NCBI GenBank assembly: GCA_918797485.1
Contig: CAKKNE010000003.1
Span: 1,426,001 to 1,490,000 of the forward strand
DNA length: 64,000 bases
Source of the DNA: Pelagomonas calceolata
Taxonomy: Eukaryota
Direction of reading: 5' to 3'
This document shows positions 41,753-52,220 of the stretch, piece by piece. A model generated the notes under the pieces. It worked only from the letters and a program-made list of their open reading frames with translations. It had not been told where the DNA came from and did not search any database. Both the position numbers and the translations under genes were made by a program. Positions within the stretch are counted from its first letter, which is position 1. Each line of letters begins with the position of its first letter.

Positions 41753-43693
41753 TCAGAGTTTGAGGCCCGGCACCTTCTTCTCCAGTCTGGTAATAATGTG
41801 CTTGCCGGGCGTGTGTCTCACTTGAGCAGCCACAGGACGTAAAGCCGCCGCGATGGTCATCACTTGATCTCTGTCAGCTAAATCTACTACTTTCTGCACC
41901 ACGTAGTTCGCGAAGGGGTCCACCAATAGTAATTTGAGATTCTGCGGAGCCGCCGCGTCACCGACAACGCGAGCCACCAGATCCTTCCTGTCTGAATCGT
42001 CGCCAAATTCCAGGCACTTCTCCACCACGTTCGAAGCGAACTTGTGTCTAGAGAAGTCCACCAAGTGGTTCTTGACTTCGCGGATCGTCGCCGAGCGATC
42101 CTGCGGCCGCCCAAACTGGATGCAGTGCTGCATCACGTAGTTCGCGTACTGGTGTTCCAGTAAGGGTGCGACATCTCTCCCTTGGTTCACGAGCTCGTCG
42201 ACCAAGCGAGCGACCGCCTTGTGGCCCCGAGCTGCCGGATCGCGTAAAGCCCGGCCCCAGTGCTCCAGGACTCTTTGAAGGACCCGACACCCGAACGGAT
42301 GCGCCGCTAAGCTTCTAGCTCTGGTAGCGAACTCCCCGAGGAGCTGCTCACCTAAGACTGCTAATTTGGTCACATCCTTGTCACTAGACTCCTCGCAAGC
42401 CGCTCGAGCGGTCACCTCGACGCACTTCTGGATCACATGATTCCCATGTTGGTCGTGGACACAGCGCAACGCGTCCTTCCGCAGTTCTTCCACTAATGAA
42501 GCCGCGTCGCCCGGTGCCAACATTTCAAGGGCCTTCTGCACCACCCGACACCCGTAGACGTGCGTCCCCAGCTCGACGGCGTGCTGGTCCAACTGGCGAA
42601 ACACCGCTCGTCGCGCCTCCGCGGCCCCTCTCGCCAGAACTTTTTGCACGACGTAATTACCGAAAACGTCCGTCGCGAGTTCCCTGGACCTAGGTAAGAC
42701 TTCCGCGAAGATGAGGTCGCGTTCGGCGGAATCGCCCTTCGGGTCCTCGAGATGAGCTTGCAGGAATCTTGAGCCGTGCTGGTCTCGGCACAGAGATGCT
42801 ACTCTACCTTTCAAGTCGGCCGCCGGAAAGATCGGCAGAGGGTTGTCCGGCGAGTTCTTTCTGCGATTAGAAGGGCTTCGACGTTGCTGAGGCTGGGGCT
42901 GCACGTAGAGAGGCGGCGATGAGGCCAGAGGAGGAGCAGCAGCATAATACCCGTAGGGCGGCGTGCCATAGGTAGGCGGCGACCCGTAGAAGGGCGGACT
43001 CCCGGCGTAGGGCGCGGGGTACATCTGGGGCGGCGCCACGTGGTGCGTCGGCGGCGGCGGCGCGTAGTGCGCGCCGCCGTACGGGTCCGCCGGTCGATAG
43101 TAGACGCGCCCGTCCTCGGCGACCACGGGCACGACCATGGCCCTTCCGTAATCGGCAGGGGCATAAGCACCCGCCGGGTAGAAGGACTGGCGCTGGTACT
43201 GGGGCTGTTGCGCGCCGATCGATTGTCCGATGCCCGAGGATCTCGGTGGCGACGGCGGCCGCGGCGCTTCCGGCGTAGGAATGCGAGGCGGCGGCGGCGT
43301 CCGTCGCAAGCCCGGTTCTTCATCATCAAAAGTCGTCTTGGCTGATAATGCAGCTATGGACGCCGAGAGGCTCTCGAGGGTCTCGCGCGTGCGATCGTCG
43401 TCCGCCGTCAAAGCTCTCCCATCAATCGTCGACGCGGGCCGCTGAATGGCGTCGCCAGCCCTCCGCGCCCTAGCCCAGTAATCCGAGGAAGAGGCCCGGT
43501 CCAGCCCTTCAGCATCTAAGCGAAGAGAAGAGGCCCCCTTCAATAAATCTTCAATCTGCCGCCGCTGCAACTCGCCGAGGGCCTCGTCGTCGCCATCCAG
43601 CGGCGGCGGCGCGGAGAAGGGCCGCGCGGCCAAGCCCTCGAGCTCGGGGAACGGCGCGAGGCTCGAGCGCGGCATCGTGACGGCGGCCGCCAT
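41753..43693 (-). CDS. Pumilio/PUF RNA-binding protein
   Basis: Pumilio repeats: DQHGSRFLQ, DVFGNYVVQK, HVYGCRVVQK, DQHGNHVIQK, HPFGCRVLQR, HQYANYVMQH, HKFASNVVEK, DPFANYVVQK. Confidence 0.95.
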   Translation of the reverse strand: MAAAVTMPRSSLAPFPELEGLAARPFSAPPPLDGDDEALGELQRRQIEDLLKGASSLRLDAEGLDRASSSDYWARARRAGDAIQRPASTIDGRALTADDDRTRETLESLSASIAALSAKTTFDDEEPGLRRTPPPPRIPTPEAPRPPSPPRSSGIGQSIGAQQPQYQRQSFYPAGAYAPADYGRAMVVPVVAEDGRVYYRPADPYGGAHYAPPPPTHHVAPPQMYPAPYAGSPPFYGSPPTYGTPPYGYYAAAPPLASSPPLYVQPQPQQRRSPSNRRKNSPDNPLPIFPAADLKGRVASLCRDQHGSRFLQAHLEDPKGDSAERDLIFAEVLPRSRELATDVFGNYVVQKVLARGAAEARRAVFRQLDQHAVELGTHVYGCRVVQKALEMLAPGDAASLVEELRKDALRCVHDQHGNHVIQKCVEVTARAACEESSDKDVTKLAVLGEQLLGEFATRARSLAAHPFGCRVLQRVLEHWGRALRDPAARGHKAVARLVDELVNQGRDVAPLLEHQYANYVMQHCIQFGRPQDRSATIREVKNHLVDFSRHKFASNVVEKCLEFGDDSDRKDLVARVVGDAAAPQNLKLLLVDPFANYVVQKVVDLADRDQVMTIAAALRPVAAQVRHTPGKHIITRLEKKVPGLKL

Positions 43694-44339
43694 CGACGGC
43701 GCGCGTGCGGGCCCTATCTTACACTACTATGTACAGGCGATGTACAGGCGCAGCCGTGGGTGACGCCGTCGCGGGCGCTAATTCGCCCGGCGAACCTCTG
43801 GACTTTTTGGCAGCTCACTATTCGCCGCGCGCGCTCAAGCGCCGACGCCGCAGCGTTTTGGGCTGGTCGCGTGCGTGTGACGAGACGCCTCGGCTCTCGC
43901 TCCTGGCTCAGCTCCGCCCGACGTCGCCCCTCCGCGCGCTCGTCAAGGTGATGGGAGGCGTCGTCTCGTCCCATCTGTGTTGAGGCGAGTCGTGACGCCC
44001 TTCGCGAGGACTCCTCCTGCCCACGAGTGCTCGGACCCTCAACCAGAAGGATAAACAACAGCACGACTCGGGTTGAAGCCGTCTAGTGGGATTATGGTAG
44101 CTCGGGTGGCAAGATTAGACGAGAGTGAAGCTAATATATTGGGAGCGTCGCGGGCCAAAGAGCTGGAAATCATATGAGAAAGACATGGGAATCGCTCCGA
44201 AGTGATCGTGCAAGCGGCCTGCCGCGCTGCCGCCAGCGTTCGTGAGCCCTGCTGCCTGCCCTCCAGCCCTCCAGCCGCGACGCGGCGAGGGAGCCGCGGG
44301 ACTGCCATCGCGGTAGTCTAACCCCGCGGCGCGGCGCAG

Positions 44340-46706
44340 ATGGAACCCTACCTCCCGACCAGCGCCGTGCGCCAGCCGCCCAACGAGCCGCCCGCGAACG
44401 GCGCCGCGAGTTCGAGTCCCTCGTGCGTCAAGCGGCTCACGCTGGAACTCGTCGAGTCCTACCTCAAGACGAACCCTTCCAGTAAACCCATCCAGACCTG
44501 GCGGGCCGCCGCGACGACACCGCGAGAGAACGGCGCGAAACCGAAAGCGCCGCGCCGCGCTTTGACGCAGCCCGCGGAGGGAGTAACGAACGACGGCGCG
44601 GACAACGCCGAGGCCGAGCTCGTTACTTATGCGGGCGACGTGCTAGGACCGGGCGGCGAGGGCCCGGCCTTCGAGGTGCTTGATAAACTGGGACGGGGTA
44701 GCTTCGGCCAGGTCTTTCGGTGTCGTTCGCGAAAGACGGGCCGATTGGTGGCGATCAAGGTCGTGAAGAACTGTAGAAGTTACGCCGCCCAGGCCTATGT
44801 GGAGTCGCAGATGGCTAGAGCCTTACACGCGCGCGATCCGCATCCGAACGTCGTGCACCTCTTCGGCGACTTTGCGCATCGAGGTCACGTCTGTCTCGTG
44901 TTTGAACTGTTGGGCATGAATTTATATGAATTGCTCAAACAAAATCAATTTAGAGGATTACCGCTAGCGTCCGTACGCTTGGCGTCGACGCAAGTCGTCG
45001 CGGCTTTAGACAGGTTGGCGGCGGCGCGCATCGTGCACTGCGACCTCAAGCCCGAAAATATCCTGGTGGCGCAGCGCGTGGACAACGAACCGACGCGGGT
45101 GAAGATCATCGATCTTGGTAGTGCGTGCGTCGAAGGTCGCACGGCGCAGCAGTACGTCCAATCCAGATTCTACCGAGCACCTGAAGTGCTCGTGGCGGCG
45201 CCCTACGACGGCGCCGTCGACGTGTGGAGCGCGGCGTGTGTCTTCGCTGAACTCTTCTTAGGCTTACCTTTATTCCCCGGCGTGTCGACACATGATCAGA
45301 TAAGCAGGATCGCGGACATGCTCGGGCCCCACCCTGATGAGTTGTTGGCAAGAGGAGACGACACTTTGAAGTACTTCACGCCCAAGCGGCCGGGCCCGCC
45401 GCCGTCGCCGGGGCCGCCTCCCAGAAGACCCCAGTGGACGAACGCGTCTTTAGATGAATCTGTCGAAAGCCTGCACGCCCTCGACTTTGACGACGACGGC
45501 ACGGACGCGTGCGAGGAGGAATCGGAGCCCTTCTACTCCCTCAAATCAGCGGAGCAGTACGCGCGCGAGAAGGGGAACAGCGCACCTCCCAAAACCAAAA
45601 AGTACTTCCAGTACAAAGTCCTGAAGGATATCGTCGCGCACTATCCCGTGCGTTCAGGATTGTCTCCATCGGACACGGAAAAAGAGAGACGAACGCGGGC
45701 GACCTTCGCCCACTTTGTTACTGGTATGCTCGACCAATTGCCTCATAGGAGGTGGACGCCCTTACAGGCGTCGAAGCACCCGTTCCTGTCCGGCGGCGAC
45801 GAGGTCGAGGGCTGGACGCCTTGTAGGGACCCCCGGGCGGACGAGAGGAGGTTACTCCAGCGCCGGCGGCCGCCGCAGCGACCGGGACCCGCGTTGAGGA
45901 CGAACGCCATGGACTCGTCCGCTCCTGGGTATAGATCCGGCGCGCGCGTGCTCCCGTCGAACGCGATGGACCGGACCGAACCGGGCAGGAGGCCGAACCG
46001 CATGGACGCCTCCGACTCCTCGGCCTCGAGCGGCGGGCCGCCCTTCCGGACGCCGCCTCCGTTATCCTCGGGCGGCATCGGCGGCATGGTCGGCCCCCAG
46101 CAGACGTACGCGCCGGGCTACTGGCCCGGCCAGCTGCCTCCATCTGGTGATTTCGCTCCATTACGGAGGAATGCCACGATGACCCAGGCCCAGATGGCCC
46201 ACGCCCAGTGGGAAGCTTCAAGAGCCGCACCGGTCCAAGTGTCCTCGTACACCGCGGGCTACCGGCCCCACCAGGCCGCCACGGCTGAAAGTTATGATTT
46301 TGGTCATGCATTACAACGGCCCGCCGTGCAGCAGCAGCAGCCGGGCTACGCGGCGCCCTATCAGCTGCGGCGGAGCGTGTCCTTGGATCCGTCGCGGACG
46401 CCGCCGCCGCCGCGCTTGAATCCCGGCTCGCCGGCCTTCGCGCCGCGGTCGCCGCCCGCGGTCGGCGGCCGCGCGCGCGCGCGGCACCACCCGAACTCGC
46501 CGGGCATGCACCAGCGCCAGGCCTACTACCCGGTCGCCCCCCAGTACGGCGGCTACTACGCGGCGCCGCCGCCGCCGCAGCTCCTGGCGCCGCCGCCGCC
46601 GCCAGCGCTCGCGTCGTCGCCGCAGTCCTTTGGTCGGTCGTCGTCGTTGAACGGTCATCATCGGAACCGGCGCGGCGGGCGGCGCGGGAATAATAGGTCT
46701 AGTTAA
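44340..46706 (+). CDS. YAK1/DYRK-family dual-specificity kinase
   Basis: 'LGRGSFGQV', 'HCDLKPENIL', 'YVQSRFYRAPEV' and 'ELFLGLPLFPG'; N-terminal YAK-type 'LTQPAEGVTNDGADN'. Confidence 0.92.
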   Translation: MEPYLPTSAVRQPPNEPPANGAASSSPSCVKRLTLELVESYLKTNPSSKPIQTWRAAATTPRENGAKPKAPRRALTQPAEGVTNDGADNAEAELVTYAGDVLGPGGEGPAFEVLDKLGRGSFGQVFRCRSRKTGRLVAIKVVKNCRSYAAQAYVESQMARALHARDPHPNVVHLFGDFAHRGHVCLVFELLGMNLYELLKQNQFRGLPLASVRLASTQVVAALDRLAAARIVHCDLKPENILVAQRVDNEPTRVKIIDLGSACVEGRTAQQYVQSRFYRAPEVLVAAPYDGAVDVWSAACVFAELFLGLPLFPGVSTHDQISRIADMLGPHPDELLARGDDTLKYFTPKRPGPPPSPGPPPRRPQWTNASLDESVESLHALDFDDDGTDACEEESEPFYSLKSAEQYAREKGNSAPPKTKKYFQYKVLKDIVAHYPVRSGLSPSDTEKERRTRATFAHFVTGMLDQLPHRRWTPLQASKHPFLSGGDEVEGWTPCRDPRADERRLLQRRRPPQRPGPALRTNAMDSSAPGYRSGARVLPSNAMDRTEPGRRPNRMDASDSSASSGGPPFRTPPPLSSGGIGGMVGPQQTYAPGYWPGQLPPSGDFAPLRRNATMTQAQMAHAQWEASRAAPVQVSSYTAGYRPHQAATAESYDFGHALQRPAVQQQQPGYAAPYQLRRSVSLDPSRTPPPPRLNPGSPAFAPRSPPAVGGRARARHHPNSPGMHQRQAYYPVAPQYGGYYAAPPPPQLLAPPPPPALASSPQSFGRSSSLNGHHRNRRGGRRGNNRSS

Positions 46707-47440
46707 ACCAGCTTGTCGCGCGCCCGCGGGTATCTAGGTTTTTGCCTTATGAGAACGTAGCGCATGTATACTGCAGTACGCCTCCAGTTCGCTAGTAGTA
46801 GTGTCGCTAGCTATACACAATGCTGCGAATTATTGCGGCAAAAGGACTCGTCGCGTGGGCGAAGAATCAGGGGCCAGGGGATTTTGCACACGTGTGGTGC
46901 CAGAGAGACATTCCAGCTTATCCGTGGCCGCGTCTTGTGGCAAATTTGCAGCAAAAACATCAATAAAAATCGGATGAAGGGCCGCCATGCCGCGGCGCTC
47001 GCGTGCCTAGCACTGGCTCACGCGATCGCGCCTCCGGGCGGCGAGGCGCTCGTCGACGGCGAGATTGCAAGAGGCCGAGAGCGTGATCAGGACCGTCACG
47101 GCAACTTCTTTGACGGCGGCCCGTGCACACGCGCACATTGGAAGGCAACACAAACATAACAATGGGGAAAAGTACCGGTACCGCCTCCAAGGACCCAAGA
47201 CGTGGGTGAGGCGCTATCGCCTCTTCAAGAAGAGCCTCAGAAAGCGGAATCTGTGGCCGAAGATGTCCTCCCAGGAGGTCGCGGCTCACGTCGCCGTGGC
47301 GGTTGCGGCCGCCGGCGCGATCGTCCACGTGCTCCGCGGGCGGCGCGGCAAAAGCTACCCCGTTGACGACAAGTACCCCTAGTCGGCGCACTCCCCTCCC
47401 CCCCCCAGCTTGAAACTAAACACATTAGTCACACGTCGGC

Positions 47441-48100
47441 TCAAAGCAAGAGCCGTCCGACGCTCTTCCAGCCCTTGTCCTGCAGGTCCGTGCGGATGGC
47501 CTTGATGCGCTCGCGATGGCGCTTGTTGTCCGCCGTGCCGCCGGCCCGCGTCACGGAGTGGTAGTCCACAAGGCTCGGGGGGTCGCTCTGGCCCGGCGCC
47601 GCGATCAAAAACTCGACGTCGTCGATCTCGTCGCTGCCGAAGGGCAGGCTCTTCGGGACAACAAACTCGGCGCGCAGGTAGCGCCCGTCGGCCTTGGTGC
47701 CCTTCTCGACGATGTTCGCACCGGGCTGCGCGGCGACGGCGTTGACAAGTTCCGAAAACGCCTGCTCGACGGATTTGCTGTCTCCGCCGGTCATGGCATA
47801 GCCCCCCTGGCCGTCCGGTTTCGCGGACTGGTACGTCCAGGGCGGCACGTAGAGGTCCGTGTCGAACTTGCTCGTGCTGATGCACGCGCGCTTGATGCCC
47901 TGCGGCGGACAGCTATTGAGCTTCCCTGACCCGCCGTTGCGCAGACCGAGCGGGCCCAGGTCCATTGGGACGCCCGAGTCGGCCCGCGCGGGCAGCGCGG
48001 CGCCGCACGCGGCGGCGGCCGCGTTGCTGAAAAAGAGGCGCCGCGTCGGCTTGAGCGCGGCAGCGTTAGTCAATAGTAAGGGAAGGAGAATTCGCGCCAT
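47441..48100 (-). CDS. DUF1499-family, probable thylakoid-lumen protein
   Basis: Signal peptide plus twin-Arg/AxA lumen signal 'TRRLFF...PARA'; 'LNSCPP..ACIST', 'YLRAEF', 'DDVEFL', 'RERIKAIR'. Confidence 0.78.
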   Translation of the reverse strand: MARILLPLLLTNAAALKPTRRLFFSNAAAAACGAALPARADSGVPMDLGPLGLRNGGSGKLNSCPPQGIKRACISTSKFDTDLYVPPWTYQSAKPDGQGGYAMTGGDSKSVEQAFSELVNAVAAQPGANIVEKGTKADGRYLRAEFVVPKSLPFGSDEIDDVEFLIAAPGQSDPPSLVDYHSVTRAGGTADNKRHRERIKAIRTDLQDKGWKSVGRLLL

Positions 48101-48307
48101 GGTTGCGATGAATAGCGATCGTTACGGCGCTGTAGCGATGTTGAGGTGCCAGTGCTCTCTGACAGGGATCGCTGTTGTGAATCGCTAGGAGTGCAGCTTT
48201 GCAAAGCGCTGATCTGGATATGGTTCTGGATAGCCCAGTAGTTCGAACCTGAACCTGAAACCGACAAGTGCGAAGTTTGCGGCCGTAAGCAGCACCTGGC
48301 CACCGCT

Positions 48308-48331
48308 GCTAGTGTGTTACATGCCGCTAGC
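48308..48331 (+). promoter_or_regulatory. Recurrent CTAG-bounded intergenic motif
   Basis: GCTAGTGTGTTACATGCCGCTAGC between divergent starts 48100 and 48483. Confidence 0.5.
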
Positions 48332-48482
48332 CGATTTTTTGCCTCGGGCGTTTCATCAGCTGCGGGAGCTAAAAACGGCACGATGCCTCGTTTTTGAAAG
48401 CTTCTCGAGCTGAAATTCTGCACTCCCCGGCACCACTACGCTTCGGGCGCGCCCGCTGGCGGCAGCAGACACCGCTAGGACG

Positions 48483-50381
48483 ATGCGCACGAATGGAGGC
48501 CCGACGTGGCGTCACGTCGCCGCCGCGCTAGGCGTAGGCATCCTCATCGGCGTCGCAACGACGAATAACTTCTACAGCCTCAGCGCGGCGCGGCCGTCGA
48601 CGGAGTTCCACGAGAGCCCGTACGCGCCGGCGCCGCTGGCGCCCTACTACCCGCCGAAGCAGCCGAGACCCTACACGTCCGTGAAGCGTGTCGTACGTAA
48701 GGAGACAAAAGAGGAGCCACGCAAGCCGACGACGACACCGCAACCGCCACCGCTCAAAGCACAAGTCGACGACGACACCGAGTCCGGCAACGCCGAGGAC
48801 TCCCTGGAAAGCTGGGACCTCCACGCGTCGAACGCGCGCTGCCCGTCGTCGCTGAAGGTGTATGTCTACGAGTACCCCGGCATGCGGGACATGGTCTGGC
48901 ACCGGCACGCCGAGGAGCAAAGACGGCAGTGCGCGCAGGGCCCGTGCCGGACGCACTTTAATGGAGAGCATTTATTGGCCCAGTTCACGCTAGAACATGT
49001 TTTGTACGACTTCTTCCGGCAGAGCTGTGTGCGGACGAGGAATCCCGACGAAGCGGACCTGTTCTTCGTGACCCACTTCGGGGATATATTATATAGAGCT
49101 ACGGGAAGGAAAAACGACCCGTCGCCCTGGGAGCAGGCCTTGCTCGACCTCGTCGAGAAGAACGATCCAAGGGCCTGGGAGCGCACCTTCAACACGTCGG
49201 CGAAATACTGGCAGAGACGGCACGGCGCGGACCATATTCTCGTCCAGCCGGCGCCCGTGACCGGGCTCAGGCACCCCAAAGGTGTTAGAGGATGGGGCCA
49301 CTACCTCCAGCAATTGACGGCGCCCGTCTGGATCTCGCTGGAGTTGTCCAAGTCCTTCGCGGGCGAGTACCCCGCCTGCGCCCAAAAAAATATCGTGGCG
49401 CCGTACCCGATCCCGGGTCGGGGCTGGCACAACGGCGAGTGGGGGAACGTCGCGGCGACGGCCCAAAAACGGTTGTTGGATCCGCACCTGCCGAGCGGTG
49501 ATGGAAGACCGTTAACCACGTACTTCCGCGCGGGCGACCACGGCTGCGTGCCCGTGCGCAAGGCCATCAAGCGCGAGTTCAAAAACGCGGCGCGGAGCCG
49601 CGGCGGCGTCGGCGACCAGGCCTTCGTCCTACGGGACCGGCCGGTCAAGATCAAGGACGAAGACACTTTCAGGAGACGCGTCGCGGCCCTGCCGCGCCAG
49701 GCCGCCATGTTCCTGGCGGATTTTTGTCCGTGCCCCGAGGGCGACTCGCCGTCGGCGAAGCGCCAGTACGACGCCGTAATAGCGGGCTGCGTGCCCGTCG
49801 TCGCGTCGGACGACGCGCTCTGGGCGTTCAGCAACGAGGCGGGCCTCGACGGGCCCCTGGACCCGTCGGAGTTTGCTTTACATGTGCCTGAGGCGGGCCT
49901 GGCGCAGCGCAACGCGTCGCTGCTCGAGGCGGTCGACGCCGCGCGGAGTCGACTCGACGCGCTGCGTTCGCACGGCTCGAAGGCGGCGTGGGCCTACCGC
50001 TATTATCCGTGAGGAAATCAAATTTCGGGCGCTCCACGCCATCGACGCGATAACTCACTGGTTGATTTCCACACAGGCTACTACGCGCCCGGCGCCTACG
50101 AGCACGACCCGCTCGTGCAGGGACGCTTCCCCGACGGCGGCGCGACGAAGGTTCTGGTGCGCGAGCTCGAGCGGCGAGCCCGCGGAAGCCGCTGGCCCGC
50201 GTGCGAGGCCGAGGCGAAGCGCCCGCACATGAAGTTCACCAAACAGTTTTGCGGCGCCGTGCCCGTCCAAGCGGAGCTGCGCAAGTACCGCGCGGCGCTC
50301 GCACGCGCGCCGAACGACGCCGCACGCGCGCCGATCCGTGCCGCGATCGCCGCGTACGAGGCGGGGCGGATCTACCGGTGA
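48483..50381 (+). CDS. Exostosin-like glycosyltransferase (GT47), type II membrane protein; exons 48483-49998 and 50077-50381
   Basis: 'KVYVYEYP', 'RTRNPDEADLFFV', 'WQRRHGADH' and 'FCPCPEGDSPSAKRQYDAVIAGCVPV'. Confidence 0.88.
49999..50076 (+). mobile_element. Mini-introner intron (78 bp, GC-AG; element 50007-50076)
   Basis: TSD GCTATTAT/GCTACTAC; CCGTGAGGAAATCAAATTTCGGGCG...ACTCACTGGTTGATTTCCACACAG. Confidence 0.9.
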
Positions 50382-50493
50382 GAACTAGTAATTTTGTTGT
50401 CAAACTTACTTGGGGACTTACTTGGGGCAGGAATGAGGTGGGAGTCAAAAAGGGGAAAACATGGTACAGGGACTTGAATGGTTCGTGAAGTGG

Positions 50494-51840
50494 TCAGCCG
50501 CCCCAGCTGAAGCCGACGCGGACGCCCGCCGGACTATGGCCCTCGCGGTCGGAATCGTAGTCGTCGTAGTCGTCCCAGTGGTTGCCGCGGCGGTGGTGGC
50601 GGCGGCGGTGCTCTCGGTGCCCGCTCGGTCCGCTCGGCCACGTGAACGTCTTGGAGAAATCGCCTTTCAATTCCTTGGGGCAATACTCCTTCGACGTCAG
50701 GTAGCTGATGATGAGGCTGAGGCAGGGGTCCCAGAACTCCTTCGTCTGCACGCGGAGCTTCGACGAGGCCCAGCCACCCTCCTGTAGCGTCGAGAACAAC
50801 GCGTTCTCCGTCGTGATATCACCTCCCTCTAGCTCTCCAGGGCACGACCACGAAGCAATTTCCGTAGGCTCGCCGCCACCTTCGTTCGGCTTCTGCAGGA
50901 GCTGGAAGCACGTCTGATCGATGAAGGCTTTTTCGGACTTGGTGTAATGGCCTTCGTGCCAGTGGCCATCATCATCACGGTGACCCTCAACCCAGCAGTA
51001 ACGCGCCACGGTCGTGCCTTCTATGAAGACATTCAGGTGGAAGCCGGCCGGGAACTGCTGGCAGCGTGTGCCCGGCATGATCGAGCAGCCCGTCTTGGAG
51101 CTGAACTTCTTGAGCTTGGCGTAGCGGAAGCTACCTTGCTGCATCATTTTATAGGCCTTGTCGATGTAGACGGAGTCAGGCGTCTTGGCGCCGGGATCGC
51201 AGATCTGCATGACTTGCCCCGGCTGCGAGCCGGGCGGAGGCACGGCGCGGACCATGACGCCTGATGGCATCGTGACGTCGAAGAAGCCGGCGCACTGCGG
51301 AATTTGAACGGGCACGGCCTTGCTGAATTGCATGGCCCAGGCCGGGCGGAGCTGGGTTTGGGAGAACTCAGATTTAGACATGACGGTGAACGCCGGCTTC
51401 GAGTCGAAGACGGCGCTGAGTAAAATCTCGCCCTTCTTCGAGCCCTCGGCGCGATTAAAATTCTCTAGTTCCAGCAGCCGCTGGCCCGCGGCGACGTTCA
51501 CGCGCGGGTCGCCCGTGGGCTTGGACTTGTCCAGGATCATCCACTTGTCGTCCTTGTCCGTCGAGTCGCCGCCTGTGCGCAAATCAAACAGTGAGTCGGG
51601 TGCTCGTTGGATGGAAGTAATAGACCACAACGCCACGCCATCGAGCTGGCGTCGCGTCGATGGCGTGGAGGTCCATGATTCGGACGCGCCGCGACAATTT
51701 GATTTTATGCGCTGGTCGCCACGGTAGGCGAAGCAATCGTCGCCCTTGAACATGCCGGCGCTCTTCACGGTGAACGTACATTGCTCGGTGGGCCCGGGGT
51801 CCGGGATCACTTCGCTCGGGAGGGACGAGGAGCAGCCCAT
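50494..51840 (-). CDS. Hypothetical N-myristoylated/palmitoylated protein; exons 51840-51723 and 51572-50494
   Basis: Starts MGCSSS; long ORF containing an in-frame introner. Confidence 0.7.
   Translation of the reverse strand: MGCSSSLPSEVIPDPGPTEQCTFTVKSAGMFKGDDCFAYRGDQRIKSNCRGASESWTSTPSTRRQLDGVALWSITSIQRAPDSLFDLRTGGDSTDKDDKWMILDKSKPTGDPRVNVAAGQRLLELENFNRAEGSKKGEILLSAVFDSKPAFTVMSKSEFSQTQLRPAWAMQFSKAVPVQIPQCAGFFDVTMPSGVMVRAVPPPGSQPGQVMQICDPGAKTPDSVYIDKAYKMMQQGSFRYAKLKKFSSKTGCSIMPGTRCQQFPAGFHLNVFIEGTTVARYCWVEGHRDDDGHWHEGHYTKSEKAFIDQTCFQLLQKPNEGGGEPTEIASWSCPGELEGGDITTENALFSTLQEGGWASSKLRVQTKEFWDPCLSLIISYLTSKEYCPKELKGDFSKTFTWPSGPSGHREHRRRHHRRGNHWDDYDDYDSDREGHSPAGVRVGFSWGG
51573..51722 (-). mobile_element. 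Introner intron (150 bp, GT-AG, in frame), CAGCGCATAAA-end variant
   Basis: TSD GTGGCGAC/GCGGCGAC (7/8); ends ACTCACTGTTTGATTTGCGCACAG. Confidence 0.88.
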
Positions 51841-52220
51841 GTTTTTTTCTGTGTTGTTTTTTTTGTGCGCCGAAATCCGGCGCTCGGTGCTGTGGTTGCT
51901 TGTGAAGTGCAGCTGGAGGCTGCGGAGGTGTTTTGCGGTGTGTTGCGGTTAGTTGCGAGGCTGGGGCAGCCAAAACTTTGGGAGAGCAATTTACTACTTT
52001 TTTTAGCGCAGAGCTTCTGAGGGGAGGGGGTATGGGAGATGGGTATGGGAAGGGCAAACTTTGAACTCATACACCCATCTCAGAAGCCTCCACACGCATA
52101 AAAAACTCCCTGGGAGACGAGATAAAAAACCCGAACCTCATCCGAGCTCGAGCACTTTTCGGCGCCCAGGCGAGGATACACGCGACGCAAGGCTGCCCGA
52201 CTCGGGCAAGAAGCATAAAA

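Noticed and set aside
46975..47382. Small gene between YAK1 and DUF1499
   Set aside because: Two partial frames (signal-like start; basic region with TM) could not be joined by a convincing intron, and no family was recognised
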